From contig CAYJDM010000003.1 of NCBI GenBank assembly GCA_964368945.1, forward strand, positions 22,231-86,230: a stretch of 64,000 nt of DNA, written 5' to 3'. Position numbers and translations under genes: made by a program. This document shows, one piece after another, positions 47,658 through 57,302 of the stretch (within the stretch, counting starts at the first letter, position 1; each line of letters begins with the position of its first letter). The notes beneath the pieces were generated by a model that worked only from the letters and a program-made list of their open reading frames with translations, did no database searches and was not told where the DNA came from. The DNA is from an uncultured Candidatus Saccharibacteria bacterium (lineage in GTDB: Bacteria; Patescibacteriota; Minisyncoccia; Phycocordibacterales; CAIZLB01).

Positions 47658-47796
47658 TTACATTACAAAATAATTTTAGACACTTTCCATCAAAATTTAC
47701 ACTGAAAGGCCTGTCTTCCCGCCACTGGATACAGAGCCTCGGGCGGGATGATTTTTTGCTGTTTTATTTTTATATGAAAAAACATACAATACATGC

Positions 47797-48519
47797 ATGA
47801 ATTCAGCCTCTGAAACCCATCATGCAGCGCCTGCCGCCCCGTCAATACGAATCGAGTCATCATGGAAGCGAGCCCTCGCCACCGAATTCGGCAAGGAATA
47901 TTTCGAAAAATTGACTCAATTCGTGCGCGACGAATACGCGCAAGCGACGATCTATCCTGCGCCAAAGGACATGTTCCGCGCATTCGATCTCTGCCCCTTC
48001 GACCGGGTCAAAGTGGTCATCATCGGGCAGGATCCATACCATGGCCCGAAGCAGGCAAATGGACTGTGCTTTGCGGTTCATGAAGGCTTGCGCCTCCCTC
48101 CTTCCCTGCAGAACATCTTCAAGGAAATCAAAAGCGATCTCGGCATCGATCCGCAATCCAGCGATGGCCAACCGGATGGCGACCTGTCTCGCTGGGCAGA
48201 ACAGGGCGTACTTTTGCTCAATGCGACACTGACGGTTCGCGCCCAATCCCCTGGCTCTCACCAAAAGAAAGGCTGGGAAGAATTCACCGATGCTGCAATT
48301 CGCGCACTTTCGGATCAGCGCGAGAATCTCGTCTTCATCCTTTGGGGAAATTATGCGAAGCAAAAAGGCGCGATTATCGATCGCAGCAAGCATCTCGTCT
48401 TGGAGGCGGCCCACCCCTCCCCTTTTTCGGCATATAGCGGATTCTTTGGCTCAAAGCATTTCAGCAAAACAAACGAGTATCTGCGCGATCATGGCAAGGC
48501 AGAAATTGATTGGAGGTAA
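47797..48519 (+). CDS. ung: uracil-DNA glycosylase (family 1)
   Basis: VVIIGQDPYHGPKQANGLCFAV (water-activating loop), HPSPFSA; the true start may be internal. Confidence 0.9.
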   Translation: MNSASETHHAAPAAPSIRIESSWKRALATEFGKEYFEKLTQFVRDEYAQATIYPAPKDMFRAFDLCPFDRVKVVIIGQDPYHGPKQANGLCFAVHEGLRLPPSLQNIFKEIKSDLGIDPQSSDGQPDGDLSRWAEQGVLLLNATLTVRAQSPGSHQKKGWEEFTDAAIRALSDQRENLVFILWGNYAKQKGAIIDRSKHLVLEAAHPSPFSAYSGFFGSKHFSKTNEYLRDHGKAEIDWR

Positions 48520-48530
48520 ACCAAAAAACA

Positions 48531-48563
48531 AAGCCGCCCTCATCTTGCGATGAGGGCGGGTTT
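48531..48563 (+). terminator. intrinsic terminator
   Basis: GCCGCCCTCATC-TTGC-GATGAGGGCGGG plus TTT. Confidence 0.6.
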
Positions 48564-48607
48564 GCCAGTCTTTGGCTTTTTGCGAAGCTTTGACTGAAGG
48601 AGGTTTT

Positions 48608-49387
48608 TTATTTTAGTGATTCTGCGAGAACAGGGCTGATGGCAGTAGCGGCGGATGCCGATACATTCGAGATTGTCGCAGCGGCCGTAGGCGTAACTGC
48701 TGAGTTCGCCGCCATCGTCGCGGCAGCTACCGTAGCAGCTGCATTTGCAGCAGCTGCGGCAGTCTGAGCCTGGGCGATAGCATCGAGATCAGCCTTCGTA
48801 ACCGTGACCTTCTTGCCCTTAGCGGCTAGACGAGCTTGGTTCTGGACGTTAAAGCTGGTAGCTGCTGAAGTCTTGCCCCAACAAGGCCAAGATGAGATCC
48901 ATGGCCAATACCCCTGCTGCGATTGAAGCAGTCGAGAATAAGCCATATTGTCAGCAAGAATATCGAGATTATAGCCGTATTTAGCAGCTGTTTTCTCATG
49001 ATAGTACTTATTGACCTGGAACATGCCCGAATCGGCATATACCTGGACTCCATGCAAGACCTCTCCATCCGCGCCGAATTGACGGAATTTCGACTCACAC
49101 CGGGCGATTTCTGGCATTAAAGGCAAATCAGCGAAGTATGCCCTTACTACAGTTTCTAGACCGGCGTTCGAGTTAGTCGCCTTTCGAGCGATAGCCGAGC
49201 CTTTCGAGCCTGTTTTCGTATTCTGTTGTAGAGAGCTATCAGTTGCCGAAGTTCGTGCCTCTGCCTTTGTGGTGATTGGCGAAGCCGATGCTGCAGCGAC
49301 CAGAGTCGACTGATTGGAGCTGACTGTGGTAGGAGCCGCCGGTGCGATTGATGGGTTCATCATCGATCCGGTGACCGCCACGGCCAA
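48608..49387 (-). CDS. secreted lysozyme-like (transglycosylase-like) domain protein
   Basis: IARCESKFRQFG...GMFQVNKYYH resembles the catalytic CES...G.FQ signature of transglycosylase-like domains; Ala/Thr-rich C-terminus; the track start is a TTG and the N-terminus is uncertain. Confidence 0.55.
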   Translation of the reverse strand: MAVAVTGSMMNPSIAPAAPTTVSSNQSTLVAAASASPITTKAEARTSATDSSLQQNTKTGSKGSAIARKATNSNAGLETVVRAYFADLPLMPEIARCESKFRQFGADGEVLHGVQVYADSGMFQVNKYYHEKTAAKYGYNLDILADNMAYSRLLQSQQGYWPWISSWPCWGKTSAATSFNVQNQARLAAKGKKVTVTKADLDAIAQAQTAAAAANAAATVAAATMAANSAVTPTAAATISNVSASAATAISPVLAESLK

Positions 49388-50218
49388 TCCGATTGTGAGT
49401 GGTAAAATTGTCTTTTTCTAGCTTGTAATGCCTGCGTCTTTTGTCCGGATTTTGCAGGCTTGCACTAAATTAAAAAGCACCGATTTACAAATTAATGCAC
49501 ATCGTGCTACGCCTAAAAGGATAGCATTTTTGGGCACTTTGGTCAATCAGTTTTTTGATAAAACGAACACTCCATCCATATACTATATGGCTCTAAATAT
49601 GGTTATTATCGACATCGTACTCTTTACAGATATACCCAAACATGGTATAATTATTACACCCTATTTACAGCATTTGGCAATACCTTGCCATAGGCTTCAA
49701 CCCCTCCGACCTCCCTACCCCGGCTGGCACACGACAATATCGGCCGGAGCCTGAAATACCGTGCCCAAATACGCCAGTCCAGCTCCGACGAAGCATAGAG
49801 CCAGCATAGAAAAGCCTATTATCAGCTTGTCCGCCCTGCCCTTGTATAGATAGGCAGATTCATAGAGCCAGACCCTGAGACGCCTTCCTTTGCCAGCCCT
49901 AGCAACGATGCCATTGTCGCTATTGCCATTTTCGGGTTTTTTTGTATAATCAGAGTCTGACATTTGATAGTGTCTTTAGGGTTTTCTTGTAAATTTGTAG
50001 CGTCGACGTAAGCGATTCACCAGCGCGATTCACCAGAATCTTCTGGTGAACGTGGCCATTTTGGCATAGACGACATTAAATTTTGATAAAATCTCCAAAG
50101 ACCCTATCGATTCAACCGCTCTGAGCTTTACCATTGCATTGCCATGAGCAAAACGTCGGCGCGAAAGCGCAGGCAAAAGCATCGAAATATAAACAACTAA
50201 TTTTTTACAAAATAGACC

Positions 50219-50497
50219 ATGGCAACTAAAAAAGCAGCCGGAACAGCGAAAAACCTCACGGACTCAAATCCGCAGTATTTGGGTATCAAGCTCTATGCTG
50301 GAGAAAAAGCTAATGCCGGATCAATCATCGTCCGACAGCGAGGAACTCGAATCATCGCCGGAACAAACGTTCTTATGGGCAAGGATCATACGCTCTTCGC
50401 CGGCAAGGCAGGAGTCGTCCGATACTCTACGAAGCGAAAGATCGCTATCGACAATACCGTCAAGGTAAAGAAAGTGGCAAATGTAGACGCTGCATAA
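50219..50497 (+). CDS. rpmA: 50S ribosomal protein L27
   Basis: [61 protein letters not shown]. Confidence 0.9.
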   Translation: MATKKAAGTAKNLTDSNPQYLGIKLYAGEKANAGSIIVRQRGTRIIAGTNVLMGKDHTLFAGKAGVVRYSTKRKIAIDNTVKVKKVANVDAA

Positions 50498-50513
50498 GCG
50501 AGGCATTAAAAGC

Positions 50514-50553
50514 AAAACAGCGCTCTGGGAAATTCCCGAGCGCTGTTTTGTTT
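50514..50553 (+). terminator. intrinsic terminator
   Basis: CAGCGCTCTGGG-AAAT-TCCCGAGCGCTG plus TTTTGTTTT. Confidence 0.65.
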
Positions 50554-50578
50554 TGTCGGTGGATAAGAGCCGATCGGT

Positions 50579-51169
50579 TTAAGCGGCAGCTTTGATAGGC
50601 TCTGCCTCGGTCACGACCGGAGGAATGGGAAAATGGAGCATTCCCCCTTCATTGGCAGGAGCCGCATTCTTGAGAGCATGCCCCGGCACCCAGTCCTCTT
50701 CCGTGGAGGGCAGGATGGCATGCAGGGCGCAATCGCCGAAGAAAGCCATTACGAGGACCCAGAAAAGGTATTGGGAAGGCGCGAATGGATATGTGCCGCC
50801 GAAGACATTCATTGAGACGACCATCCCGAGAGAGGTCGGAACCCAGTAGATGAGGCTTTCGATAAATCTCGAGGTGTCGCATGGCTTGCGATGCCAAAAG
50901 AATGGCAAGAAATGGATGGTCGCGATCAGCGCAGCGACGACGAATGCTATCAAGCCGAGACCGGCGGCACCTCCTTCAGGAGAGCCGAAATCAGCGATAA
51001 ACGAATGGGACATCATCCCACAGACAAAACAAGTTAATGAGACAAGGAACAGGCGAATTGCGGTTTTCATATGGTCGGAATTGCGGTGTTGGCGGTTGGA
51101 ACTGAGTGTTGGTTTGGATGGATTTTTAGGCCTAGATATAATTAGACACCCGATCCGCCCAAGTGTCAA
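50579..51169 (-). CDS. hypothetical membrane protein
   Basis: 196 aa, 4-5 TM helices. Confidence 0.5.
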   Translation of the reverse strand: MTLGRIGCLIISRPKNPSKPTLSSNRQHRNSDHMKTAIRLFLVSLTCFVCGMMSHSFIADFGSPEGGAAGLGLIAFVVAALIATIHFLPFFWHRKPCDTSRFIESLIYWVPTSLGMVVSMNVFGGTYPFAPSQYLFWVLVMAFFGDCALHAILPSTEEDWVPGHALKNAAPANEGGMLHFPIPPVVTEAEPIKAAA

Positions 51170-51243
51170 TTCACAGTTTCTTCATCTTCGGGGGTATAAT
51201 TGAGGGGTTATTCAAGCGTTTTTTAATATAAAATATACAATAC

Positions 51244-51660
51244 ATGTCACAATTAAGCCCATTTCTCAAATTCAATGACGGCAAAGCCAAAGAAGCCATG
51301 AGCTTCTATAAGGATTGCCTCGGAGGAGAGCTCGAATTCATGACGGTCAAAGGCAGCCCTATGGAATCTGAATTCCCTGCTGACAAGCTGGATCTCATCA
51401 TGCACTCTACCCTCAAGAAGGATGGCTGGATGCTTATCGGCTCAGATATGATGCAGGACAAGGCAACTGTCGGCGATAATGCCGGAGTATCAGTAAGCTT
51501 TACGGATGAGGCTGAAATCAAGGATGCATTCGCCAAGCTTTCAGAAGGAGGCGAAGTGTTCATGCCAGTCGAAGTCGCATTCTGGGGCGACTGGTTCGGA
51601 ATCGTGACGGACAAATTCGGCATCGAATGGATGCTCAATTGCCCAGCGAAGAAGGACTAG
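51244..51660 (+). CDS. VOC/glyoxalase-fold protein (PhnB-like)
   Basis: MSQLSPFLKFNDGKAKEAMSFYKDCLGGELEF... matches the PhnB/3-demethylubiquinone-9 methyltransferase-like VOC family N-terminus. Confidence 0.7.
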   Translation: MSQLSPFLKFNDGKAKEAMSFYKDCLGGELEFMTVKGSPMESEFPADKLDLIMHSTLKKDGWMLIGSDMMQDKATVGDNAGVSVSFTDEAEIKDAFAKLSEGGEVFMPVEVAFWGDWFGIVTDKFGIEWMLNCPAKKD

Positions 51661-51692
51661 TCAATAGCCGAATAAAAATTGAAATAAATATA

Positions 51693-51720
51693 AAAGCGCT
51701 CCGGTCTCCCGGAGCGCTTT
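51693..51720. terminator. bidirectional intrinsic terminator
   Basis: AAAAGCGCTCCGG-TCTC-CCGGAGCGCTTT. Confidence 0.6.
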
Positions 51721-51742
51721 GGCGTTTGGCAACTAACCGCCG

Positions 51743-52168
51743 TCACTCATCATTTGTGCATGCGGTTACGACCCTGCCGTCATGCAATCGCGTCCCCGCG
51801 ACAAGCAGTATCGGTTCAAGTCCGAATACGGTGAGCACAAGCGTCGAGACGACAAGGATCGCAAAAGCAAATCCGAGGAACGAGCCTGTGCTCATCGAAT
51901 GAGTCATCGCAAAGACCATGATCATGCCTCCAAAGGAGGCCAATTTCGGAAAAAGAAATGCTTTCGCACCCGTAATTCCAGCGATCTTGTACGAAAGAGC
52001 CAGCGCAAGCATCGTCACAATTGTTGCGATGAAGCCGAATTCTTCGAGCGGTGCTTCTGGCCTGAACTCAAAATAAGGCCCGAGGCATGCTGCGCTGGCA
52101 GATCCGACCGCGAAACAAAGTATGGCGGACGCAGAGATCCGGATTGATGATTTGGATATGAATTTCAT
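51743..52168 (-). CDS. hypothetical membrane protein
   Basis: 141 aa, 4 TM helices. Confidence 0.45.
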   Translation of the reverse strand: MKFISKSSIRISASAILCFAVGSASAACLGPYFEFRPEAPLEEFGFIATIVTMLALALSYKIAGITGAKAFLFPKLASFGGMIMVFAMTHSMSTGSFLGFAFAILVVSTLVLTVFGLEPILLVAGTRLHDGRVVTACTNDE

Positions 52169-52297
52169 TGAACTGATTGGCTGATGGTTGGACTTAGGAA
52201 AGACTGTGGATGAAAAACCCTGCCGTACTCGGCTTGATTTCTAAAAAAATAATACATCAATAATAATAATACGTCAATATTTGTAATGACCCAAGAT

Positions 52298-52326
52298 AAA
52301 AAGCCCTTTCTAGGGCTTTTTATCTT
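52298..52326 (-). terminator. intrinsic terminator after rplI
   Basis: AAAAAGCCCTTTCTAGGGCTTTTT. Confidence 0.6.
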
Positions 52327-52349
52327 CTCAGCTTGATGAACGTTTGAGC

Positions 52350-52793
52350 TTATTCAGCTGCGATGACTACGGTGAATTCAGCCTCTCGGTCCTGAACCTT
52401 TACCGCAACCTTATGATCTCCAACCTCCTTGAGAGGCTTGTCGAGAGTAATGTATTCAGACTCGATATCGATCTTGCCTTCCTCCTTGAGAAGAGGGATA
52501 AGCTGCTCCTTATGGATGCCGGCGAACAGGTGACCCTGCTCATTGGCCTTTCCAGAGATATGGATAGTGATGCCTTCGATGCTCTTGAGATTCTTGAGCA
52601 AAAGGTCTTCTCGGACCTTCTTTTCTACTTCCTCCTGAGTTCGGAGCTTATCAGCTCGGGCAATAGCCGCATCTGTAGCAAGCTCGGCAAGTCCCTGTGG
52701 GAAAAGAGAGTTCATGGCGAAACCGTCGGCGACTTCGATAACCTGGAGTCGTCGGCCTGTTTTCGGAACATTTTTCAATAGAATTACTTTCAC
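52350..52793 (-). CDS. rplI: 50S ribosomal protein L9
   Basis: MKVILLKNVPKTGRRLQVIEVADGFAMNSLFPQGLAELAT. Confidence 0.9.
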   Translation of the reverse strand: MKVILLKNVPKTGRRLQVIEVADGFAMNSLFPQGLAELATDAAIARADKLRTQEEVEKKVREDLLLKNLKSIEGITIHISGKANEQGHLFAGIHKEQLIPLLKEEGKIDIESEYITLDKPLKEVGDHKVAVKVQDREAEFTVVIAAE

Positions 52794-52871
52794 GGTAATG
52801 GTTGGTTTATTGGCCTTTAAATTAAAACGCTTGGTTTGAAACGTAGGCTAGACTATAGCACGCCCTATCGA

Positions 52872-54206
52872 CTATCGCAATAACTCGATAGCCTTCATAT
52901 TCTGGCGGTCAATCTTGTTTTTTGCGTCCTCCGGAGTCACTTTTACCTCGTACTTAGGTACGATTCCCGAGTCAGAGATGGATACCCCGTTCGGAGTAAA
53001 CCACTTCGCTACGGTGATCTTGATGGCCGCATTGTCGTCGAGCTTTATCAATTCCTGGACTGAGCCCTTGCCGAATGTCTTTGCCCCTACGAGAGTGGCG
53101 ATGCCATAGTCATTCAATGCCCCGGCGAGGATTTCTGAGGCCGAAGCAGATCCTCCATCTACGAGCACGACCATGCGAAGATTATTGGTAAAGATATTAT
53201 AGCCTTTGCTGACCTCAGATACGGGAGTGGCGCTCTTGCCAGCCGCCTCCTTCACGACGACTTTGCCTTCTGGCAAGAACCAGCTCGCCATATCGACAGC
53301 CGCATCCAGATACCCTCCAGGATTGCCTCGCATGTCCAAGATGAGCTTATTTGAGCCGGTTGCTACGAAGTCCCGCAAAGCGTCTCTAAAGAGCGCAGAG
53401 GACTGCTCAGAGAAGCTATAGAGCTTGATGGTAAAGATGCCATTCGACTTGTCATATGAGCTCTCGAGCGTAGGCAAATTGATGATATCTCGAAGCATGC
53501 TGACCTCAAAAGGATCTGAGACGCCATCTCGAATGACTGTGAATGTGACTTTTGTCCCCTTATCGCCCCGGATAAGCTTGACCGCATCCTCTACCTGCAT
53601 ATCTCGCGTCGACTTCGTCATTTCAGGGGTCTTGATCTCGATGATCTTGTCGCCTGACTTCATGCCAGCTCGTTCTGCGGGAGTATTCTTGAGCGCCGCA
53701 ACGACGGTTATGACATCATCTTTGATCGCGAGCTCCATTCCGACGCCTGAGAAATTGCCCTCGATCTGAGACTCGAAATTGCCGGCTTCTTCCGGATCAA
53801 AAAAGACCGTATATGGATCGCCGAGGCTATTCACCATGCCCTTGATTGCGCCATATACCCTTGCTTGATTTGGGCTGACTTTCGGCTTTGTGGACGAGGC
53901 TGAACCAGTAGCCGTCTCTGTGCCATGTGTCGCTACGTATTTTTGATCCAAAAGCTCCCATGCCTTCCAGAACTGGCTGAAGTCGACATTTTCCGCTGAT
54001 TTGGACTTGTCTTTGGCATTAAGGATAAAAGAAGGGATCTTGAAGACGCCCGTTTCGGCAGCTACAGCAGCTGTCTGACGGCTCGCATCAGCGAGATTGG
54101 CTCGACCAGAAACAAAGCCGGCACCAAAGACGATAACAATGATGAGGCCCCATAGAAATACGGGTGAAATTTTCTTATTCATTAGTGACATTATCGCATG
54201 GATCAA
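52872..54206 (-). CDS. ctpA: carboxyl-terminal processing protease (peptidase S41)
   Basis: PDZ domain (GVGMELAIKDDVITVVAALKNTPAERAGMKSGDKI), S41 catalytic region (LVDGGSASASEILAGAL...GAKTFGKGSVQ), N-terminal membrane anchor. Confidence 0.9.
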   Translation of the reverse strand: MIHAIMSLMNKKISPVFLWGLIIVIVFGAGFVSGRANLADASRQTAAVAAETGVFKIPSFILNAKDKSKSAENVDFSQFWKAWELLDQKYVATHGTETATGSASSTKPKVSPNQARVYGAIKGMVNSLGDPYTVFFDPEEAGNFESQIEGNFSGVGMELAIKDDVITVVAALKNTPAERAGMKSGDKIIEIKTPEMTKSTRDMQVEDAVKLIRGDKGTKVTFTVIRDGVSDPFEVSMLRDIINLPTLESSYDKSNGIFTIKLYSFSEQSSALFRDALRDFVATGSNKLILDMRGNPGGYLDAAVDMASWFLPEGKVVVKEAAGKSATPVSEVSKGYNIFTNNLRMVVLVDGGSASASEILAGALNDYGIATLVGAKTFGKGSVQELIKLDDNAAIKITVAKWFTPNGVSISDSGIVPKYEVKVTPEDAKNKIDRQNMKAIELLR

Positions 54207-54310
54207 AAATCTCTACAATTGTTTTCCACGATCTTGTCCTCGTCGACGATCGTTGAAATACGCCTTAATTCTGGGGTATAATCAGATTCACATATATTTA
54301 TCAAAATTTC

Positions 54311-55921
54311 ATGGAAATCTACCTCCACAATACCCTGACCAAGCAGAAAGAATTGTTCAAGCCCGCAAAGCCTGGACACGTCTCCATGTATCATTGCGGT
54401 CCGACTGTTTACAATAATGCCCATATCGGAAATCTCCGCGCATATATAGCGGCAGATGTGCTCCGACGAACATTCGAGCTCAATGACTATACGGTTTCGC
54501 AGATCATGAACATTACGGATATCGGCCATTTGCAGCATGACGAGATCGATGCCGGCGATGACAAAATGACGCTCGCCCTTAGACGCGAAGGCAAGGAGCT
54601 TACGCGAGAGAATATGAAGGAGCTCGCCTTGAAATATTTCGATGCTTTCAGAGCAGATGAGGAAAAAGTGAATATTCTCCCTGCCAATCTCTACCCTTTT
54701 GCGAGCGAGCATATCGCTGAGGATATCGATTTCATCGAGAAACTCATAGCGAAAGGAAATGCATATGTCGCTGAGGACGGCGTATATTTTGATACCGCTT
54801 CTCTGCCCGATTATGGCAAGCTCGGTGGATTGGCAACTGATGCATCGACGACAGAGAGCCGCATCGGCGATGAAGAGATCGCAAAGAGTAGAAAGAAAAG
54901 CCCGAGAGATTTCGCAGTCTGGAAATTCAATGAGGAGCTCGGATATGAGACGTCTTTCGGCAAGGGTTTTCCTGGCTGGCATATCGAATGTTCTGTAATG
55001 TCGATGAAATATTTGGGCGGCGTCGACGAGATGGATGAAAAAACCGCAGGCAATGGCGATCATTCAGCGCATTCGCATGACGGACATGCACATCATATAG
55101 ACTGGGCTAAATTCGAGACCTTCGACATCCATACCGGCGGAATCGACCATATTCCCGTGCATCATAATAATGAAATCGCGCAGACGGAGGCGATTTCAGG
55201 CAAGCCTCTCGCCCGCTACTGGCTCCATAATGCCCACCTCATCATCGAAGGCGGCAAAAAGATGGCGAAGTCCGGCGAATCTTTTATCACATTGGAAACC
55301 CTCGAAAATAAGGGTATCTCCCCTCTCGGTTTCAGATATTGGGTGCTCGGTGGCGGATATCGCACATCTTTGCAGTTCAGCTATGAGGCCCTCGAAAATG
55401 CAGAGCGCGCATATCGATCTCTCGTTGAAAAAGTCGCGCATATCAGATTGCAGGCTGGAATCGAATCGCTTTCATGGAAATCTTTCTCGGATCTCGATAG
55501 CTATCTTGAAGAAACTTCGAGTCAGCTCGATGCTGAGACCGCAGACCGGATTGAAAAGCTCAAATCGCTTATAAATGACGATCTCAATACCCCGAAAGTT
55601 CTCGCCTTTCTCAATGAAAGCGTTTTGAACAATGCCAATGAAAAAAACGCGCTGAATTCTTTTCACAAGATGCACCTGATAAAAACAGCCGACATCGTCC
55701 TCGGGCTCGATCTCCTCGAAGCATCGAAGCAGCTCGCCAATGCGCAGATCGCGAATTCGATAGTGCCGCCTGAAATCAAGCAGCTCGCCGAAAAGCGCAA
55801 GGAGGCGCGCGCGAATAAGAGCTGGGATGAATCTGACGATCTGCGAGAACAGATCAACACTCTCGGTTACGATATCAAAGATGTGGATGACGGATACATT
55901 GTGAGCAAAAAACTGGTATAA
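54311..55921 (+). CDS. cysS: cysteine--tRNA ligase
   Basis: YHCGPTVYNNAHIGNLRAY (HIGH-type), KMAKSGESF (KMSKS-type), Cys-binding GWHIECS. Confidence 0.92.
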   Translation: MEIYLHNTLTKQKELFKPAKPGHVSMYHCGPTVYNNAHIGNLRAYIAADVLRRTFELNDYTVSQIMNITDIGHLQHDEIDAGDDKMTLALRREGKELTRENMKELALKYFDAFRADEEKVNILPANLYPFASEHIAEDIDFIEKLIAKGNAYVAEDGVYFDTASLPDYGKLGGLATDASTTESRIGDEEIAKSRKKSPRDFAVWKFNEELGYETSFGKGFPGWHIECSVMSMKYLGGVDEMDEKTAGNGDHSAHSHDGHAHHIDWAKFETFDIHTGGIDHIPVHHNNEIAQTEAISGKPLARYWLHNAHLIIEGGKKMAKSGESFITLETLENKGISPLGFRYWVLGGGYRTSLQFSYEALENAERAYRSLVEKVAHIRLQAGIESLSWKSFSDLDSYLEETSSQLDAETADRIEKLKSLINDDLNTPKVLAFLNESVLNNANEKNALNSFHKMHLIKTADIVLGLDLLEASKQLANAQIANSIVPPEIKQLAEKRKEARANKSWDESDDLREQINTLGYDIKDVDDGYIVSKKLV

Positions 55922-55928
55922 TTTCTGC

Positions 55929-56504
55929 ATGCTCACACTAATCGCCATGTACGTTCTCGCGATAGCCGTCGGATGCGGCTGCGCGGTTATCAACGATCTC
56001 TTTTTCTTCCTCTCGCTCAAGCATCATATTCTCAAGAAGCATGAGATCATCACATTGAGACAGCTCAATAATATCCAGCTCGTGCTCATCGTCTTCATAT
56101 TGATCGCCGAAATCACTTTTGCATCATTGAATTTCCAGAATGTCGTCGATTGGCATCTCGCAGGAGTTACTATTGCCAAAATCTTCATCGAAGTCGTAGC
56201 CCTCTTCTGCGCTTTGCTTCTCAGGCAGGTTCACCTCCCTACCCTCATCCGACATCAGCATGCTTATGGGCATTTGTCTGATTCTTTCCATGAGCACAAC
56301 GATGCTCTTGTCAGCACATGCGCGCTCTCTGCAGTGACTTGGTTCTTTATCGTCCTCATCACATCCGGCGAATTCAATCCATATATGATGGACTTCGGCT
56401 TCATCCAGACCATCGTCGCATATGCACTCGTTTCGGTTTTCGCAATCTGGCTCGTGACTTTTCTCAAGAATAATGTTTTGCATAGGAGAAAGAAGGTTAA
56501 GTAA
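55929..56504 (+). CDS. hypothetical membrane protein
   Basis: 191 aa, 6 TM helices. Confidence 0.5.
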   Translation: MLTLIAMYVLAIAVGCGCAVINDLFFFLSLKHHILKKHEIITLRQLNNIQLVLIVFILIAEITFASLNFQNVVDWHLAGVTIAKIFIEVVALFCALLLRQVHLPTLIRHQHAYGHLSDSFHEHNDALVSTCALSAVTWFFIVLITSGEFNPYMMDFGFIQTIVAYALVSVFAIWLVTFLKNNVLHRRKKVK

Positions 56505-56600
56505 AAAGAGCACGGAAAAAAGCAAAAACGAGTAAACCCCGACGGAAATTAATCCGTCGGGGTTTCATTTTAGAGCGCGTGCGCTTTAAGTTGGATGCCC

Positions 56601-57089
56601 CTAAAAGCTCAGTACCGCAGCATAGCAAGCGGACTGTACGATCCGGCCTTCCGGAAACAATTCCTCGAGGCAATCAAGAAACGACTGAATTGTTCGTGCA
56701 TCGCCATAACCGACACCTGGCCAATACGAGCCTGCAAAAATGCCAACAAGGCTTCGTGCCTTTGCTGGAGCACATCCTGTGGCCATCAGCCTTTCAAGAT
56801 ACGCATCATGCACGTCTGAGGCTCTGCCGAGCAGATCCGCCTTTCGAGATGCATTTTCTGGCTTTAGGGCGTTTGTACGCATGCCCATCCAGGCCGGCCC
56901 GTCTATGGTGAGATACGTACGCTCTCCTTCTGTCAGATTAGGGCTCTTGAGGATCATATGAAGGAGCATTTTGTACATGCCGATGACGGCGCCTCGCTTC
57001 AGGATTGAGCGCTCGCTCTCAGGTTCAGGTTTCTTTTGTCGTCCCATAATTTTACGCTGGTTGGGGTTTAAGGTGAAAAGGACTTTCAT
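56601..57089 (-). CDS. hypothetical protein
   Basis: 162 aa; no motif. Confidence 0.45.
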   Translation of the reverse strand: MKVLFTLNPNQRKIMGRQKKPEPESERSILKRGAVIGMYKMLLHMILKSPNLTEGERTYLTIDGPAWMGMRTNALKPENASRKADLLGRASDVHDAYLERLMATGCAPAKARSLVGIFAGSYWPGVGYGDARTIQSFLDCLEELFPEGRIVQSACYAAVLSF

Positions 57090-57302
57090 CCGAAGTATCT
57101 AGTTCTCGGACAAGCTTAAATACTATGACACAAATAGACATACTAAGTCAAATACCTATGCGGTTGGCCACGCATCGGGTTGATGAGCGGTATGCAATTT
57201 TGATATCCCCACCTTGTGCACAACTTCAGCACATTTTGAGCTTTTTTGACCAAAAAAATAACCGGCTTTATATGCTATATTTACCTGGCAACAAACAGAC
57301 AA

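Noticed and set aside
41851-57302. TTG-initiated N-terminal extensions in the track for the M23 peptidase (41851) and dnaB (57246)
   Set aside because: The track translates TTG as Met. In both cases a downstream ATG with sensible upstream signals (41893, 57303) gives a more typical N-terminus. The dnaB extension would also overlap a TTGACC-N17-TATATG promoter-like element.
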